The notes under the pieces were generated by a model that worked only from the letters and a program-made list of their open reading frames with translations, had not been told where the DNA came from and made no database searches. The position numbers were made by a program, and so were the translations under genes. A DNA stretch of 64,000 nucleotides from Dehalococcoidia bacterium (lineage in GTDB: Bacteria > Chloroflexota > Dehalococcoidia > UBA2979): positions 160,001 through 224,000 of the forward strand of contig OZ244720.1 in the NCBI GenBank assembly GCA_965219085.1. Direction: 5' to 3'. The stretch's first letter is position 1. Every line of letters starts with the position of its first letter. Of the stretch, positions 58,239 to 64,000 are shown one piece after another.

Positions 58239-58414
58239 CGGTTGCAGGTCGCATCGTCCGGCACGTCGTTGAGCGTGTCGACGATGATCGGCATCACGGT
58301 GGCGGTGATGAGCCGGCCACGAGCGGAGTCCGGGTCGCCATCGCGGATTCGGTCACCCTCGCGGGCATTGGCGGAAGGATTCAAACAGCGCTCGCGACGG
58401 AGTGCGGCTGCGCA

Positions 58415-59050
58415 TTACTCGCGCGCGAGCCAGGGCTCCGTCGCGATCTCGCCCAGCTCACGCAGGTGGCAGACCTCGTTGAGCGTCTCGATCGCCGTGC
58501 GATCATCCATGCCTCGTCGCAGCGTGGTGATGCCGCAGTTCGTGCTGTAGATCTGCGCGTAGTCACTGTCATCGAGGCCCATCAGCCGCGACACGAGCGC
58601 GCCGACGACCCCGCCGTGCACGACGGCGATGGCGACGTCCGAGGCGTGGCGCTGTGCCAGCTCCTCGATCCGCCGTTCGACGCGATCGCGGAAGGCGGTC
58701 GTGCCCTCCTCGCCCGGGATGCCGCCCGTGCCCCAGTTCCGTCCAACGAGCCCGAAGCGCTCCTGCGCCTCGGACCACAACAGGCCTTGCGCCTCACCGA
58801 AGCGGTATTCGCGCAGGTCCGGCAAGTCGAGGATCTGTAGGCCGGTATGGCCGGCGACGATCACGGCGGTGTCGCGCGCGCGGCGCAGCGGGCTGCTGTA
58901 GAGCGCGACCGCGCCGGCGTCAGCGAGGTACCGGCCGGCGGCCTCGGCCTGCTGCCGGCCCAGCTCCGTCAGTCCGTGGTCGGACCATCCCTGGATGCGG
59001 CGCGTCGCGTTGCCCTCGGACTCGCCGTGGCGGAGCAGCAGCAGCGTCAC
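58415..59050 (-). CDS. Histidine phosphatase family protein
   Basis: LLRHGESEGN, YSSPLRRARDTA, LREYRFG, VVHGG. Confidence 0.92.
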   Translation of the reverse strand: MTLLLLRHGESEGNATRRIQGWSDHGLTELGRQQAEAAGRYLADAGAVALYSSPLRRARDTAVIVAGHTGLQILDLPDLREYRFGEAQGLLWSEAQERFGLVGRNWGTGGIPGEEGTTAFRDRVERRIEELAQRHASDVAIAVVHGGVVGALVSRLMGLDDSDYAQIYSTNCGITTLRRGMDDRTAIETLNEVCHLRELGEIATEPWLARE

Positions 59051-59646
59051 CGGCCAGGCCACGCGTCCCCGGTCGGCAGCGGCTCGGCGCCCACCGCCGG
59101 GCCGATGAGCCGCACGAAGCGATCGATGACCCGCGCCGTCGCACCGAAGATCAGGTGCTCGCCGTGGCGGAACGCGGGTATCCGCATCCCAGGCCGCGGC
59201 TCGGTCCACTCGAGCGCCTCGCCGGAGAGCAGCCGGCTCAGCGGCACCTCGAGCAGCTCGGCAACCTCGATCTCGGCGAACTCGAAGGGGTAAGGGCCGG
59301 GGGCGGTGATCGCGCCCACGAACGGGCTCATGACGAAGTTCGAGCGCGTCGGCGTGTCGTCGAGCTGGCCGTAGATCTCGATGTCGCTCTGGGCGACGCC
59401 GATCTCCTCTTCGGTCTCACGCAGCGCGGTCATGAGCAGCGTGCCGTCCTCGGGGTCCTGCGCGCCGCCGGGGAGGCTGATCTCGCCCTTGTGGTGCTCG
59501 ACGTGGTGCGTGCGGACCTGGAACAGCAGGTGCTCCTCGCCGTCGCGCTCGTAGAGCAGCACCATCACGGCAGCGGGGACGAGCGACTCGCCCTCCATGC
59601 GCTGGGGCTCGTACCCCTCGATCACTTCGCGGACGCTCTCTCGCAT
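59047..59646 (-). CDS. CoA pyrophosphatase (NUDIX, NudL-like)
   Basis: AAVMVLL, HKGEISLPGG...TALRETEEEIG, IFGATA. Confidence 0.9.
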   Translation of the reverse strand: MRESVREVIEGYEPQRMEGESLVPAAVMVLLYERDGEEHLLFQVRTHHVEHHKGEISLPGGAQDPEDGTLLMTALRETEEEIGVAQSDIEIYGQLDDTPTRSNFVMSPFVGAITAPGPYPFEFAEIEVAELLEVPLSRLLSGEALEWTEPRPGMRIPAFRHGEHLIFGATARVIDRFVRLIGPAVGAEPLPTGDAWPGR

Positions 59647-59829
59647 CGGGACACCGCCTCTGGTCGGGGTTCAGGTCGTGGCGCAGCCTACCGCAATCTC
59701 GCGTATGCGCCGCAGGCCGGGCCAGCGGGCGCACGAGCAGGGCGGGGATCGTGGACAGAGTGCACAGCCTGCGGACAACGATGTGCGCAACGGGCACACA
59801 TGCCCGTCGGGAGTGCCTAGAGTGTTACT

Positions 59830-59955
59830 CAGCCAAGCGGGGGTGCCCAGGCAGCCAAGTTCCGGTCCGCTGGACGGCTTCCATGGGTAGCGGAAACCTG
59901 AGCGAGGCGAGAGACCGCGCAGTTCCGGGCAACCGGGAATGCGCGGTTTCGTTTT
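59830..59955 (+). ncRNA. Candidate orphan small RNA
   Basis: TAGAGT -10-like hexamer (59818-59823), interrupted hairpin 59844-59889, and a + strand intrinsic terminator with no + strand gene upstream. Confidence 0.45.
59911..59955 (+). terminator. Intrinsic terminator
   Basis: GAGACCGCGCA...TGCGCGGTTTC 11-bp stem with an inner GCAA-capped stem, followed by GTTTT. Confidence 0.7.
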
Positions 59956-59963
59956 GCCTGGCG

Positions 59964-60972
59964 CTACGGGTTGTCCGCGGCGCCGTCTCGCGATGCGCTC
60001 GCGCGACGCGCATCCCGCCACCAGTCGGCGATCTCGGACGACATGCGGAACACACGCTGGTCACCATCCGGGTAGCCAGGCCACTGGTACTCAATGGGCC
60101 AGTTGCTTCGCCCGAAATGCCGACGAGACCGGCGTGTGAGCGCTCTCAATTGGTGGCGAGGGTCTGTCTCCTCGAGACCAACCCTGACCTCGCGCCACGT
60201 CACCCCCGTGTCAGGGGTGGCCGCACACGCATCAAGGATCCCGAGGATGACGGGGTGCGTGAGTTGCCGTGCCAACCGCGCGATCTCCTCGCGCGTCCAC
60301 GGAACATCAGGTGAATCGTGGCCGTCCTGCTCGGCCTCGCGGTCTCGGATGCGAACCATGTAGTCGCGAGCCTCTGGGAGCGGGATCAGCTGCGTCACGT
60401 CAAGCAGGGAGGTCGTCGCCGAATCTGTACGGGAGGAGGCGCACGCAGCGGATGTCGAGGCCGGCGCCGTTGAGCCACAGCACCGAGGTGGTCAATTCCT
60501 GAGAGAAGTCGCGAGCCGCGAGCACGATGCGCGGGCGGGCACTGTCGACTTCGGGTTCTTCGGCATCCTCCCCGCCGAGGTGCCGGAGGACTCGCGCACG
60601 GGCATCGCCGGGAAGCTGCCTCCGCACTAGGTAGCGTGCGTGTGCGTCCACGGCTTGCGCGAACGTCATGTGCGCCACAAGAGCGGCGTAGCGGAGCGCC
60701 TGCAGGTCCATGAAGGCACCTTCATCCCGCTTTAGCTCGATGACGACCAGGCGCCCGTCGCCGTCCAGAGCGAGGAGGTCGATGCTGCGGCCGCTGTCGG
60801 CCCAGTCGCTGTACTCCTCGGTGAGCACGAACAGGTCCGGCTCCAGCACGCCGGGGTGATCGCGCAGCCAGCGCTGGAGGTCCCCGCGTTCCCGCTTGCC
60901 CTCGCCGGAGAGCGAGGTCTCAGGAATCCCGCTCAGGGACGCCTCGCCCTCGTCGACTCGATATAGAGCCAC
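59964..60972 (-). pseudogene. Frameshifted NucS/DUF91-like PD-(D/E)XK endonuclease
   Basis: E-x-DLQRWL, SIDLLALD...LVVIELKR, QALRYA. Removing one C near 60409 fuses YRFGDDL-LLDVTQLIPLPEARDY, joining ORFs 60400-60972 and 59964-60398. Confidence 0.8.
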
Positions 60973-60979
60973 GCGAGCC

Positions 60980-62119
60980 TCAGCGCCCCTCGACCGGCAC
61001 GTACTCGCGGTTCAGGGGGCCGACGTAGTGGAGCAGCGGGCGGAGGAGGATGTTGTTCTCCATCTGCTCCAGCACTTGCACCGTCCACCCCGGCACCCGC
61101 CCCACCGCGAAGATCGGCACGAACAGGTCCTGCGGGATGCCGTGCAGGTAGTAGATCACCCCCGCGAAGAAGTCGACGTTCACGTTCACGCCCAGGCGGC
61201 CGTAGGGCCGCATCGCCTCCTGCACGGCCTCGAGGATGGCGTACCACTTCGGCTCGCCCTTCTCCGCGCTCAGCCGCTGCACGCCCTCGCGCAGGTGGCG
61301 CGCCCGCGGGTCCTCGGCGCGGTAGACCCGATGGCCGAAGCCCATGATCGGCTCGCCGCGCGATCGCAGCTCCTTGACGTAGTCGGCCGCGCGCTCCGGC
61401 TCCTCGATCTCGCGCGCCATCTGCATCACGTTCTCCGCCGCCCCGCCGTGCGAGGGGCCGGACAGCGCAGCGATCGCTGCGGTGATCGAGCTGTGCAGGT
61501 CGGCCTGCGTGCCGGTGACGACGCGCGCGGTGAATGACGAGGCGTTGGAGCCGTGCTCGGCGTGGAGGATGAAGTCCTTGTCCATCAGCGCCGCCGCGTC
61601 GCCGCTGGGCTCGTCGCCGTCGAGCATGTAGAGGAAGTTCGCGGCGTGGGAGAGCGTCGGGCTGGGCTCGATGGGGTCGCGGCCTTCGCGGATGGCGTGG
61701 TGGGCCGTGACGATCGTCGGCACCTGCGAGGTGAGCCGCAGGCCCTTGCGCAGCGTCGCGTCGTGCGACTTGTCGGCGGTCTCCGGGTCGGTCGCGGCGA
61801 GGGCTGAGACGGCGGTGCGCAGCACGTCCATCGGGTGTGCGTCCCGGACCAGCCGGATCACGTCGAGGATCTTGCCGGGCAGCATGCGCGCGGACTTGAG
61901 TTCGGCGTCGAAGGCGTCGAGTTGCGCGGGCGACGGCAGCTCGCCGTGGAAGAGCAGGTACGCGGTCTCCTCGAAGGTGGAGCGGGTGGCGAGGTCGTCG
62001 ATGGAGTAGCCGCGGTACTGGAGCTTGCCGGCGCGGCCGTCGATGAAGCAGGTCTCGCTGCGGTCGAAATAGACCTCCTTGAGCCCGCGGTGGATCGCGA
62101 TCTCGGCGGTGTTCGTCAT
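60980..62119 (-). CDS. Citrate/2-methylcitrate synthase
   Basis: LQYRGY, HPMD, LHAEHGSNAS, GPSHGGA, MGFGHRVY, DPRA, NVDFF. Confidence 0.95.
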   Translation of the reverse strand: MTNTAEIAIHRGLKEVYFDRSETCFIDGRAGKLQYRGYSIDDLATRSTFEETAYLLFHGELPSPAQLDAFDAELKSARMLPGKILDVIRLVRDAHPMDVLRTAVSALAATDPETADKSHDATLRKGLRLTSQVPTIVTAHHAIREGRDPIEPSPTLSHAANFLYMLDGDEPSGDAAALMDKDFILHAEHGSNASSFTARVVTGTQADLHSSITAAIAALSGPSHGGAAENVMQMAREIEEPERAADYVKELRSRGEPIMGFGHRVYRAEDPRARHLREGVQRLSAEKGEPKWYAILEAVQEAMRPYGRLGVNVNVDFFAGVIYYLHGIPQDLFVPIFAVGRVPGWTVQVLEQMENNILLRPLLHYVGPLNREYVPVEGR

Positions 62120-62269
62120 GGGGCATCTCCTCGTACCGCGCGGCTGCGGCAAGCGCAGCGCGCGGATCGAGGCCGCCCGTGAGGGCGGCCCCGGTGTGTG
62201 CTCAGCCTCGTTCCGGCGCGACGAGCGAGCGGGGGCAGCCTTGCGCAGCCGACGGCATCGCAGCGCGCG

Positions 62270-64000
<1,731 letters not shown>

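Noticed and set aside
59830-59955. SRP RNA or tRNA-Sec
   Set aside because: No SRP domain IV motif (CAGG..GNRA..AGCA) or cloverleaf on either strand.

Overview
High-GC bacterial chromosomal segment. Gene content and order suggest Chloroflexota, Dehalococcoidia-like (inference only). Housekeeping backbone: tatD, metG, guaB3-type IMPDH, recO-recR-dnaX, ybeY, a reduced nuo (complex I-like) operon, cdaA-cdaR-der-plsY-gpsA, argF, comEA-comEC-rph, DUF1015/serA/class V aminotransferase, selA, mutS2, a liv-type ABC transporter, citrate synthase and acsA. Small accessory genes (toxin-antitoxin pairs, DUF1640-like genes, several frameshifted pseudogenes) lie between core genes. Best signals: (1) a complete IS110 element (6284-7782) whose bridge-RNA target and donor guides, CT core, circle-junction promoter and interrupted host ORF can be read from the sequence; (2) a promoter-anchored, pseudoknot-capable leader with mutually exclusive helices upstream of the IMPDH-family gene, a candidate unclassified riboswitch; (3) a nuo operon lacking every Fe-S subunit, with an extended NuoH and an extra small gene; (4) an orphan + strand sRNA candidate near 59.9 kb; (5) a 440-bp tandem unit duplicating the ybeY 3' end plus a DUF1640-like gene with a CRP/FNR-like operator. 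All calls are by eye; no database searches or folding programs were run.
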